Position numbers and translations under genes: made by a program. DNA of 64,000 nt from Balanoglossus misakiensis (taxonomy: Eukaryota > Animalia > Hemichordata), in contig CM082597.2 in assembly GCA_040954595.2 (NCBI GenBank), forward strand, positions 6,783,849-6,847,848, given 5' to 3'. The notes under the pieces are model-generated. The model made no database searches and had not been told where the DNA came from. It saw only the letters and a program-made list of their open reading frames with translations. Shown in pieces: positions 13,421 to 25,263 of this stretch (position 1 is the first letter of the stretch; each line of letters begins with the position of its first letter).

Positions 13421-13655
13421 TTGAGAGATACATGTAAGTACCGTATACTAGCACACAGATACATCAAACAAATGAAATCTAATGCAACATCCCAGAAATT
13501 TGAAACAAGATTGTCCAGATATTTTCTGTTTGAGGCCAAAGCTCTTGTATTAAGGTGATCAAAGATCATCTAATACACTTCTTACAAGGAATGTTTTGAT
13601 AACATTCAAAATGGCAGTTCTTTCCATTTGAGGGACCGTATGGCTCTATCTCTAG

Positions 13656-13909
13656 TAGTCAAGTCCCCTGCCCCATTCCCACCGCTGGCTGCGCTACGCT
13701 AAAAGGAAAGGGGTCAGGTACGGGCCGCCATCTTGGCCTAAAACCTTGCCAGCATATTATAATGAAACAAAGACCAAGTGATCATAAACAAGATGAATGC
13801 CTCCAATGTCCGTACGCCAGTGAGAGCCATGTTTACAAAAGCCCGTGCCTGACCCTTTCCTTTTAGCGTAGCGCAGCCACCAGTGGGAATGGGGCAGGGG
13901 ACCAGACTA
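13656..13909. mobile_element. TAGTC...GACTA MITE with 9-bp TSD (Academ-like)
   Basis: TIRs with perfect TSD TATCTCTAG on both sides. Same family as 53636-55427 and 63180-63370. Confidence 0.9.
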
Positions 13910-14517
13910 TATCTCTAGGTGACAGAATTTTTGAAATACCCAGTTTTTGAATTGCTGACAGAGCCCCTTGCTCTCTCAATCACTCAAAAAATCAGCATGC
14001 TTAACTCAATGAAAATTATCACTGAGTAAGGCAATATCCTCAGTAAGCTAGGGTACCTGGTTGCACTTGCAGGTATATTAAACACCTCTCAGGTGACAAT
14101 TTGGTGGGAAATAAATAATTTATCATTCAGGGCCCAAGTCTTCTAATTGAAAATATAAACCCTGGCTTCAGCCAATCAGAAGGCTGGATTCAGCAAACGC
14201 ATACGTGTGTTCCAACTCGCAAAGATGATATTCAAAGCAAATGGATCGAAACCCATCAAATTTACAGTGATTGTCCCCTGAAGACTTCTCCTCAATGAAT
14301 TGTTTTTTATTTATTGTCTAGTAATGCAGCTCCACACAACAAAGTCATTGTGTGTAGTTGATGGGATTGACACAAATCTGAAGATTATTGGAGAGACACA
14401 ACACATAACTTTGTCTTCAGTCATGTAAATGCTTTAGGTAGTCCAACATTCAAAATAATATATGCTAGCTATTACTGTATTGAACGCGACATTATAACAA
14501 TGAAAACATGCAAAGAC

Positions 14518-14878
14518 TTAAAGAGACAAAGTCTCTCTCTCGTTGCCCCCTTTCCATTAATTATGTTTGATTCAAGACACCATTTATGTTATTCTGTCTA
14601 CATGTGGATATATAGTGAATCAACGTTCAACCACACACAACTTCTATCCTGTTTGTAAGATATGAGAGAAAAAATCTCGCTAAAATGAATAAATGGTAAA
14701 GACTGATTATTCATTTGGGCGAGTTTTTCACTCTTGTGTATACAAGTGGGATGGAAGTTGTGTGTTGTTGAACACTGATTGATTCACTACATATACACAT
14801 ATAGAATAACATAAACAGTGTCTTGTATCAAACATAATTAATGGAAAAAGGGCAGCGAGAAAGACTTTGTCCCTTTAA
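14518..14878. mobile_element. K1 foldback MITE
   Basis: TTAA-flanked, same sequence family as 4603-4950. Confidence 0.9.
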
Positions 14879-15239
14879 TGTTATCATAGTTTGAATAAAC
14901 ATCTTCTTGTTGGTGCTAAATAACAAAGGCTAGTGAAAAAATTGCTTGTCACAAGAATATGATATTTTCAAGACACAGACTTCTAGCTGTATAAATAATA
15001 TTTTCATGTCTATAATACAATATAATTGATCTACTAGCTTAGACTATTGCATTTGGCTAGACACTGTGAAACCCAGCTTAATAATCTTATACCTTTATTT
15101 TAATGTTTATATTTTATCAAGGCTAAGCACAGGTAGGTCCCATGACAACTACCTGTTGATCGGTGGATAATATTTTCAAGACATCCTGGCAAGATGTTTG
15201 GCAGCCTCACACAAGATGCAAGTCTCACATTGCAATTCT

Positions 15240-18200
15240 TCAAGACTTTGTGGGAGACGCTGTTATCTCAACATCAGATTTCTTATGTCCTGTGATGGTT
15301 ATCTGGGACAATCCTGAAATCAGTCAAAACAACTTGATTTTAGCCCTTGCAGTGTGCAAAGTAGCCTAGTCCTAGCCGTATTTTGTCCGCTTTGCTTCCA
15401 AAACTAACGCCTAGCCTCATTCAAGTAACTGGCCCAATAAAACCCTGTACCCCTTGCTGGGAATTGTGATGTAACTAGCGTCGCTGTGAAGTCAATCAGA
15501 GACTTTGTTTTTCCAATGATTGGACAAGGATATACATATGTGTAATTAAGGATGGGTAACATTTTAAATTCAAATTAGCCCTGCCTTCACTATAACCTTA
15601 CACCCAATCACAATCGTTTAGTTTATGTGAGTGACTTCAAGGGGACGCTAGTTACATCACAATTCCCAGCAAGGGGTATGGGGTTTTATTGGGCCAGTGG
15701 CATGAGTGAAGCTAGGTTGTTAGTTTTGGGAGTAAAGTGGACAAAATACAGCTAGGACTAGGCCACGTGCACAGTGGCTTGACCACATAATTTTCGCTGG
15801 CACGGATCAAACCAGACACTGAATTAACCCTAACGCTGCCAAGTCAGTTGAAATTATAACACACCATGCAGCGAACCCTCGATCGTGATTCGTCAATACA
15901 CCGTCACGTGACCTTAGTCATTTCGAACTGTTCCCTAGGGCATCAGTTCGAACGGTTTCTGCCCGGTACTGTTGCCTGGATGTGGTGTGCGTCGTGATTG
16001 GTGTGTTATAAAACACATGATGACTGACATATTCGGGCAACAGTGTATTTTTGATGACCTCGGGACTGCCAGTCACACCAAAACAGTCTGTTTTCCCTCG
16101 GGCTATGCCCTCGGGGAAACAAGACTGTTTTAGTTGTGACTAGCAGCGCCCTCGGTCATCAAAATACACTGTTGCCCTCATTGTCAGTCATCATGTGTAT
16201 ACTGTTATCAGCCTCACTTGCACGCCAATAGACCACGCCCTTAGCATCATTGATACATACAATCCATTCACTGACAGTGACACAACCCACTTACCCTCAT
16301 CTGATTTCGTCCGAACAATATGTGTGATAGACTGTTTCCTGGCTTTGCGTTTTCGACTTCCAGTTACCATAGTGATGGGTTTGGTCTCAGCAATGCCATC
16401 ACTGTTGTCATGGAAATGACCATCTGGATCAAGTCTAGTCATATGAGAGTCTGAAAATTTGCAAGAGACAATCTTGATCAAACTCATGGTACAAGACCCA
16501 ATGCTCAAAAACACTGCACTGCAGGTCATCAGATTCACAATGGGTGAATTCAACATATTGAGGGAAATATTCCAATCAAGCACCAGACATGGCTTGGAGT
16601 TGTCAACATGTCCATGGAGTGTTTTAACCTCAGGAGATAATTGGACCACAGCACAGATATTAAAACGGTGTGTCTTAAAGGGACAAAGTCTCTCTCTCTC
16701 GCTGCCCTTTTTCCATTAATTATGTTTGATACACGACACCGTTTATATTATTCTACATGTGGATATATAGTGAATCAACATTCAAAGACACACAACTTCC
16801 ATCCCGTTTGTAGGATATGAGAGTAAAAATCTCGCCAAAATGAGTTAGCAGTAGAGACTGATTATTCATTTTGGCGAGTTTCTTCAATTCTTTGTCTACA
16901 AACGAGACGGAAGTTGTGTGTGGTCGAACGCTGATTCACAATATATCCTCATGTAGAATAACATAAACAATGTCTTGTATCAAACATAATTAATGGAAAA
17001 AGGGCAGCGAGAGAGAGACTTTGTCCCTTTAATAATTCAAGACACTGTGAGAAATATTGCAAGCAATTTGTGATGCTTCACCTTTATAGTCCTCCATGTC
17101 AGACAGTTTCAAGCCTTTGCCAATAAACATGGCGTTCTTGTACATGTTGGTGGACTTCTTCTTGGTTTGCGATCGACTCTTTGGTTTAAACTGATCCAGA
17201 GTAAACTGTGGAAGACTATCTAGTTCAGCTTTAAAATCAAAGTCTGCATAGTCTCTGCAAATCAAGGGAAAAAACAATTAACCCTAACGCAGCCAAGTCA
17301 GTTGAAACTGGTTTGATTTCCAGGGTGCCTAGAATCCTGGCTCCCAGGCCTGTTAGACTGCCAAGTGTGTGTTAATCTGTAGGGCCTATACAAGACCCTC
17401 AGACCAATACAGTGCAAACCAGTGCGATTTGGTACATTTTACGGGGGGCTCAGACTGCCAAGTGTGTCTAAGTACGTATGAGAGCCATGTCAAGACAGTC
17501 AAAATACGTTTCAGAAGAAAAAGTGGCAAATACGTATTTTAAGGGACTTGACACTCTAAACAGGTATGACACCATTTAGCATTAGGGTAAAAGCAGAAGT
17601 AAGAAACTTCTCAATCTGATTAAATTAGATGTAGGGTAGAGTAACATCTTATACTTATGCGGTACAGTATTCTATGCTGTCGACTCACACTTCATCTGAC
17701 CAACTTCCATAGAAGGTGACAACAGCACATGGATACTGTACTGTGTAAGTAAAAGACGTCACCATGCATATATTAGAATTCACATCAAACTGGTGCCACG
17801 TACCAATCTGCAAAGCATGCAGATAAGATTGAAGTATTTTATTATTAAAAATATGCTCAAAGTGGCAGCTTAACCCTTTCACCGCCATGGTTCAGTCCAA
17901 ACCCATTGTTTTCCATGGTAATGTTGGACCTCTGAAGAGTGAAACGGGGGTTGAAAGGGTTAAAGTGCTGAGGGCTGTACGATTTACTTACAAGTTATCA
18001 ACATTATTGGAATCCGTACCACTAACAGACCCCTCAGCTCTGTCTCTGCAAATATTACTCTCACTCGCTCGCCGTCTCCTCATGGATGAAGCTCTCCTCC
18101 TTTTGGCTGCTTTGGTTTCCATGTCAACAGTCGGGTCGTCTTCATCACTGTAACTGATAAAGTCTCCCTTTCTGGTTTTCTTGCAGTTAAACGGTCGCTC

Positions 18201-19131
18201 TGTACACTGTAAATCGTTCAGCATTCCCCCAGACACGAACTGTTTGTACAATTTGCCCTTACACGACCGGCTGGATTTTCGACAATGCGTCTTCGACTTC
18301 TCCTTTCCACATTCTGTCTCGTCTCTCCGCGTTTCCATGGCAACATCGGCACATCCCTCACCGTTGCTGTTCATTTCACAATCACCTCCCACCACCTCTC
18401 TGTCCTTTCCAACTTTTGTCCTCCCGGTACTCACACATGTTGTCGGTACATCAGTAACAGTCCTCGTTTTGGATTTCCTCTTATTATCACTGCTGCCGTT
18501 TCTGACACAGTCCTCAACCTTGAGTTTCTCAAGTCCTTTCTTTGATGAAATTTTACGTCCAGATTGTCTTTTGTTGCTTGGCGCATCTTGGCTTTGTGGA
18601 CCGACAGTTGAGAATTCCGACTGAGTTGTATCACTTTGTTGTTCAAAGACTGGTTGTTCTGAACACATCTGTGGATTAAACAGACAAACAGTCTTTTAAA
18701 ACCTTTTCACCACCATGGTTTGGTTCATCTCTATTGTTTAATGTCAATGTTGGACCTCTTTACATGAAAATGGGGGTGAAAGGGTTATTAGCATTACGGA
18801 ATTGCAAAGTACAGCGTCCCATGAAACCTCCTTTCTCATCAATCCCCTCCCCCCCCCCTCAGATAAAACCCTGAATAAGTCATGTGACAGCACAACAAAC
18901 AAATGCACATGCTTTTCTTGTACCGTGATGCATTCGAATTCTGGGTATCATATTGATTCCACTATGCCGACTATCTCTACTCTACACGCAGACCAATAGA
19001 CACAGACAGACATACACAGATGCAGATATATACAGACATTACCGGTACAGACACAATATACAGATATACATGGACAGATAGACATACAATGTACATATAC
19101 ACTATACAGACAGACAGACAGACAGACAGAC

Positions 19132-19208
<77 letters not shown>

Positions 19209-22134
19209 CAGATACAGACATGCAGACACTGACAGATGATACAAAGATACATGTACAGTATGCATGGACAGACAGACAGACATGCATAGACAAAGAGAGA
19301 CAAAGAGACCCAAGTTACCTGTGCAAACTGAAACAAAGTGCTCTTGGATTCAGTTTTACACTGCTTTGTCTCAGGCTGTTCATTATTACAACTGTCAGTG
19401 TTTGGTGATACCTCTTCTTGTCTATCTTGACCCGTCGTCTCAGTATTCGAAGATTCTGTAGACAATGCCTGCTCTCCAACAGCAAGCAATAAATTTAAAC
19501 CACCCATGTCAGCTGGATCTGTAAAAGTATCAACGAATAAAATATACTTTGTGTTGTTTTCATAAAAGATTTCTTTTATAATAGCATTCTGGAAATCAGA
19601 AATGAAAACAGAAATTTCCTGTCAAGCAATTGATGTCAAGGATATGTATGTCCATTCTGAATGCTCCATAGTTGTTGTCTTTTCACAGGGTGTTCATTAT
19701 TTTTCAACCTTAAAGGGGCAAATTCTCTCTCTCGCTGCCCTTTTTCCAATAATTATGTTTGATACAAGACACTGTTTATATTATTCTACATGTGGATATA
19801 TAGTGAATCAATGTTGGACCACACACAACTTCCATCCTGCTTGTAGGATTTGAGAAAAAACACGCCCAAAATGAATAAATGGTAGAGACCGAGTTTTTCA
19901 CTCTTGTGTCTACAAGCGGGATGGAACTTGTATGTGGTTGAACTTTGAGTCACTATACCGGTATATCCACATGTACATTAACATAAACAGTGTCTTGTAT
20001 CAAACATAATTAATGGAAAAGGGGCAGCGAGAGAGAGAGACTTTGTCTCTTTAATTTGAATGCTCTTGAAGGAGCAAATACCTGCAAGTTTGCCTGGTGT
20101 AATGGATACATCTTTCCTCGCTCTGTCTTTGTATGTGACTGCATGCATCCTTCTTGTGGTCACAGAAGGACTTGTTGAACTGCAGCTTTGGGTCTTGTTG
20201 GTTCCACACCATTTGTAATCAGGATGAGCTTTCAGAAATGCCGCTTTACACTGCAATGCAGGAAATAGTAGACAATGTAATGTCAACTATTTATTGTCGC
20301 GCTGTACAGTGTTTTTCCTCATTTTAATATCTGTGGTCCAATATCAATACTGAGTTACAGTGTTTTGTAAATGGGTAGCAGAAATGTAAATACAACTGCA
20401 TGGTGATGCTTGTAAATCCATGATCTAATGGCCCGTTCCATTAATTAACCCTTTCACCACCATGGTTCAGTCAAAACCTATTGTTTTCCATGGTAAGGTT
20501 GGGCCGCTAAAGAGGGAATTGGGGGTGAAAAGTGTAAGGTCTGCTCTTGGGCGGAAATCTTTGCAAGTGGGGATGTGTATACTGTTAAATTTGTGGGTTC
20601 AAATCCTTGAACACTGGTGTTGTACTGTGACTATGAAGGTCAGAGGTCAGCAAGAGTGATAATTGGCATGATTGCCTCACTAAAACTTGAATATACAGTC
20701 AAAACCTGTCTTAACCGAACACCAAGGGACAAAGGCATTGTTCAGTTTGCAGAGGTGTTTGGTTCATAGAGGTTCTCTTAACATGTGGTTCAAACTTAGA
20801 CTGAACAATTCAAATTACTAAAAATAGCCAAAAGTTGGAGTTGCTGGGGTTTTAACCCTTCCACCACCATGGACCATGGTTTGGTCCAAATTCATTGTTT
20901 TCTGGGGTAAAGTTGGACCTCTATAGAGGGAACTGGGGGTGAAAGGGTTCAGGGGCACTGGTTGCGTAATTGCCATGGGGGGGGGGGGGCAAACAAGGTC
21001 AATCATCCTGTCCCCCCCCCCCCCAATCTGGATGAAACACCAAAAAATAATCTATGGTGCCCTAGCTAATGTTATAACCTGAAATTTAACAATGCGTTCC
21101 AATTCAGGTTATTGTCATGGACAAAGAACAGTGCATGAAAGGGACAAAGTCTCTCTCTCTCGCTGCCCTTTTTCCATTAATGATGTTTGATTCAAGATAC
21201 CGTTTATGTTATTCTACATGTGGATATAGAGTGAATCAACGTTCGACCACACACAACTTCCATCCAACTTGTAGACACAAGAGTGAAAAACTCGCTAAAA
21301 TGGATAATCGGCGTTTACCATTTATTCATTTTGACGAGATTTTTACTCTCATATCTTACAAACAGGATGGAAGTTGTGTGTGGTTGAACGTTGATTCACT
21401 ATATATCCACATGTAGAATAACATAAACGGTGTCTTGCATCAAACATAATTAATGGAAAAAGGGCAGCGAGAGAGAGACTTTGTCCCTTTATAAGCACAG
21501 TGCATGGAGTTACTATAAAACAACAATTATATTATACCAGTATATTGATGGTGTAAATCACGCTATTTTATTGGTCGAGACACGACACGTGACCGTCATA
21601 TACCACAGTCATATATCATAGTCAAAGAAAATACCTTTTTAAAATGTTTTATGCAAAGTTTCAATACACTGGCATAATATAATAGCAATGAAACACCCCC
21701 AGCCATGGTATACCACTCGATTTTGACCAGTTCAACTCCATATACGCATTCGCTATCGCTCGTGCGTATATGTCGTGAACTGGTCAAAATCTCGTGGTAT
21801 ACCATGGCTGGGGGTGTTTTATTGCTTAATTGTGTAACTAAGTGAGATTATTACTAACCTGTCTGGCCAATGCCAAGTATTTTTCCTTCTCATCACAATC
21901 CAGCACAGCCCACATATCAGCTAACATCTTCGTTGCTGATCTGTTGTCCAACCAAGGATGCCGATCTTTGACTAAACTGCGATGCCTTTTACAGAATAAA
22001 AGGAAAGCATTCATTGGTCGACGGATTGGACGGCCGCTATCATTCACACCTGCATCAGTGATGATGTCATCTTCTTGGCTGTCAACTGTTGTCATTATTT
22101 CTTCCTTAACAGCGGGAAAAACATCAGTTGCCAT
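15240..22134 (-). CDS. BBX: HMG-box transcription factor BBX (bobby sox) homolog, 574 aa, 7 coding exons
   Basis: Exons (minus) 22134-21859, 20250-20082, 19518-19319, 18668-17992, 17254-17082, 16450-16295, 15313-15240, phases consistent. HMG box RRPMNAFLLFCKRHRSLVKDRHPWLDNRSATKMLADMWAVLD..KAAFLKAHPDYKWC, plus BBX-typical motifs MGGLNLLL and GSRKRKARKQSITHIVR. Confidence 0.93.
15362..15765. mobile_element. TAG-terminated foldback MITE (Academ-like)
   Basis: Long IR TAGCCTAGTCCTAGC / GCTAGGACTAGGCCA. Second copy at 46859-47254. Confidence 0.85.
15855..16201. mobile_element. Palindromic non-autonomous element (Crypton-like), copy 2
   Basis: Reverse complement of 1296-1610. It retains the central CCCTCGGGCTATGCCCTCGGGG segment that copy 1 lacks. 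Confidence 0.7.
16675..17032. mobile_element. K1 foldback MITE
   Basis: TTAA TSD and full TIRs, in a BBX intron. Confidence 0.92.
17278..17590. mobile_element. piggyBac-like MITE (TTAA-CCCTAA...TTAGGG-T(T)AA)
   Basis: CCC/GGG termini with TTAA. Near-identical copy at 35242-35554 and a fragment at 15824-15853. Confidence 0.85.
17870..17963. mobile_element. ~90-bp piggyBac-like mini-MITE (TTAACCCTTTCACC...GAAAGGGTTAA)
   Basis: Further copies at ~18699-18787, 20445-20535, 20852-20950 and 22344-22440, all in BBX introns. Confidence 0.85.
19105..19210. repeat. (AGAC)n(AGAT)n microsatellite in low-complexity DNA
   Basis: Direct tetranucleotide runs. Confidence 0.97.
19710..20054. mobile_element. 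K1 foldback MITE
   Basis: TTAA-flanked family copy. Confidence 0.9.
21136..21492. mobile_element. K1 foldback MITE
   Basis: Family copy with degenerate TSD. Confidence 0.9.
21528..21830. mobile_element. Palindromic non-autonomous element (Crypton-like)
   Basis: Hairpin GCAATGAAACACCCCCAGCCATGGTATACCAC...GTGGTATACCATGGCTGGGGGTGTTTTATTGC plus an ATTGG..CACGTGAC tail. Confidence 0.65.
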
Positions 22135-24090
22135 CTTGGTGATCTATCTGATCAATGGAAGAAAAACAGACGAAAATACTTAAAGATCATGTAGTTGAAA
22201 TTGTGTTGTGCTAAATCTGACATACCTGCAACTTCCATAAATTGATAGTTTATGAACATTTTACTTTTTCATAAAACCCTACATTTTTTTCAGTGCAGAC
22301 AGCCAATATTATCTTTTATTTCCTTTTCGCATCATCCCACTTATAACCCCTTCACCACCATGGTTCAGTCCAAACCCATTGTTTTCTATGTTAAGATTGC
22401 ACTTGTCTTCTAAAGAGGGAACTAGGGGTGAAAGGGTTAATATTACTATGACAATGACATTGTCTGAAAAGATGGTAAGTGGAGTCTGAAGGGGTATTGT
22501 TTGTGGTGTGACCTTGACCTCGAGGACACACATGAGTGATGAAACCTAGCATCAGGACATCCTTCTTGAAGAGATCAATGCAGGTGCCTTTGTGAATGAT
22601 ACTCATACTGCTCTGACTATGCCCTGGTCTAACAAAAATATTTTTTAAAATCATTGAGTCAATTTGAGGATTTCTATCTAGAAAATTTTCTGGGTCATCC
22701 CTATCTATACCTTTGCATGTGGTGTGGATAATTTTCTTGAGTCACCGGTGAGTTTGTAGGAGATGTCTGAGGCTGGGGGTATGCTGGTAGATACTTATGG
22801 TCAGATGGGCTTATAGACTCGGGGACAGTCTGCAGTGCTCATATATGTACACCAGTGTGCCTGGGCTGTGGCTTGTCACAGAATGAAACAAAACAACCAA
22901 AACAAAAACAACCAAAACAACATAAAAACATTGCAACTCTTTGCCCTTTGAAAGCACTGGTCTCTTGACCAATGTGAATGGTGAACAAAGTTTACATCAT
23001 TTCAATCAATAAAACTGAATAAGACATAAAAACAAGTATAAATGGTCCGGTTCACATGTCCTAGTTTAAAGGGGTGAAACATCCCATTGAAAATGTATCA
23101 TTCTCAATTACTGATTTTGAAGATATTTGTCTGTCTAGTGCACTTCAAATGCAATGCTTGACACGGATCAGAATTGTTCAGAAGTCTTGTTGAAAACCAG
23201 AGACAGCAAACAAACCCATGTATGATTTGACCTTGCCCTCGTTTATGACGATCGCCACCATCATTGTCATGCGGTAGGACACCAGTTGTGAAATATCCAG
23301 TCGCAGCACTCGCTGAAGTCAAATTAAAAACCCGTTTGTAGAAGCTACATTCACTATCGATCAGTCAAGGCAGGCGCTCGATTTGTTAAAATGTAGCCAC
23401 AAAAAGTGGTGTTTTTTTAGACTACACAACCTCCATGCGCCATCCATATGTTAAAATACTGATCCTCCTACCAGGGCAGACATCTATCATTTGTCGTACA
23501 GAACTCATCAAAACAACTCGCATTTCTTAAGAAATCGCACTGACACATAGCATATATCGGAGAAGGGGTAAGACTAGCTGGTTCTACGCTTCAGTTAGAC
23601 TGTTTCAGTAAAACGAAACAGACATCCGTGTGCATCGAGTCAGGATTGGACTTCCCCCATTGCCAGTGCATGTACGTATCACAACACCACTTATGTCTAG
23701 GGGTCACTGGAGTTTCACGAAAACTAACTGAATCCCTCGGATAATCTCGAAATCACAGCCTTACCAATTCATGACAGTGATGCTGCTGTCGCAATTTGTT
23801 TGGATCGGGTGCTATCACGAGACTTTTCATTAACGAATTCGGAGGAAAACACTGGCGAAAAATAATGTTTTTACCTGCAGTGAATATCGACGTGCCTGCC
23901 TACACTGTCTGCTCATTACATATGCAGCATTTAAATATATAAAGACCCAGGACAATCTGTTGACGGTCAGTAAAGTGTCATGCATACATCCAAACTGAAT
24001 TATGCCTCCCCTCTTACCTATGACAAGGACCATCCATTCCTAGTCGTTCCGACGAAAAATATGTATTTTTTATTCAAAACATACAACTCA

Positions 24091-24230
24091 CCTTCGTATT
24101 CCCAACATGCTCTACGATAAGCGAAACATGGCGGAACTTTTGAAGTTCGAAAGTCCAAAGGCGAAACGCGATTAATATTATAAAAGTACGCCAAGGCATT
24201 TCGCTAGTCGGGTGACGTAGCTTGGATGAT
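24091..24230 (-). promoter_or_regulatory. Probable BBX promoter and non-coding first exon
   Basis: Minus-strand donor GAAG|GTGAGT near 24091, an AACATGGCG (YY1-like) motif, a TGACGT (CRE-like) site and local CpG enrichment. Confidence 0.45.
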
Positions 24231-25070
24231 GGATGGAATTAGTCTATGGTGAAAATCGTTCACATTTGCATCCGTAACTGATATCTCTTTCTAAGCTGCA
24301 GAGTGAGAAGGTCATTGACCCTGGCCATTGACCAACCACAGAGCCTTGTTTGTCAACCGTTTAATATTTTTCAAGACTTTTTCATCTTTATTTCTTTACA
24401 GATGGCTATATATGGTCAAAAAGGGCGTGTCTACGTCTTCGAATGACTAAGTGGTGGCGCAGGTTTTTTTTCCGCATGTGACACCCACTGAAAATCTTTG
24501 ATTGGATATCATATACATGTATATATTTTGTATTTCAATTTTCCATGACCTTTTAACACAGGGAGCTCTGGTATTGTGTTTGTTTGCTGTTATTGATTAA
24601 TATAATAAACAGAAAAAACACTTGTTTGTTTGTCACATTTGTTTGTTCGTTGACAGGTAAGGCTTAGGTTATATTCAGCGGTTAGGGTTAGGGGCGAGGG
24701 TTGGAGTTCATTTAGCCTGATATATAGAAATTCTACACTGTGTATAATTTCTATATATCTAAAACACACTGGCATGGGGCCAGGCTAGAGTTCATTCGAC
24801 TTCACTCCCTATATCATGTATATATAGACAGACAGGGGGTTAGTAGTGCAAATGTACACCCTATCCCTAATCATCCCAAATTATCAAAAATGCATGAAAA
24901 TTTCTGTCCCATATTTAATAAATACATGTGTATTGTGTGTACAGAAAATTTGATATTTTACAGCATTTTACTGGTTATAGAGTTGTCATTTGTGAACTGT
25001 TTATCCCAAGGTAGACAAAATGTTTACTAAGTATAAATATGGAAAGTTTTTGCATAATGAATCAAAGATG

Positions 25071-25263
25071 TTAAAGGTATACGGTCACCTATAGAAAATT
25101 AGCTATAGTTACCATGGCAAATTGAGATCTAGCCAATCACAGATTTTCAGTGGGTGGCACACGCGAAAAAAAGAGCGCCACCATATGTTCTTTAGAACGC
25201 TCAAATACGCTATTTCAGCCATATATGGGCGTATGTAAATTAGAGGTGACTGTATACCTTTAA
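25071..25263. mobile_element. K2 MITE copy 2
   Basis: TTAA-AGGTATACGGTCACC...GGTGACTGTATACCT-TTAA. Confidence 0.9.

Noticed and set aside
17029-17082. BBX apparently truncated by a stop at the MITE's TTAA
   Set aside because: A phase-1 donor at 17082 joins in frame to the exon with the conserved RKRKARK..ITH motif, so the MITE is intronic.
17690-17810. Extra BBX exon (GTGAGT donor near 17688)
   Set aside because: The flanking exons already join in frame, and the acceptors I tested give a stop or a phase mismatch.
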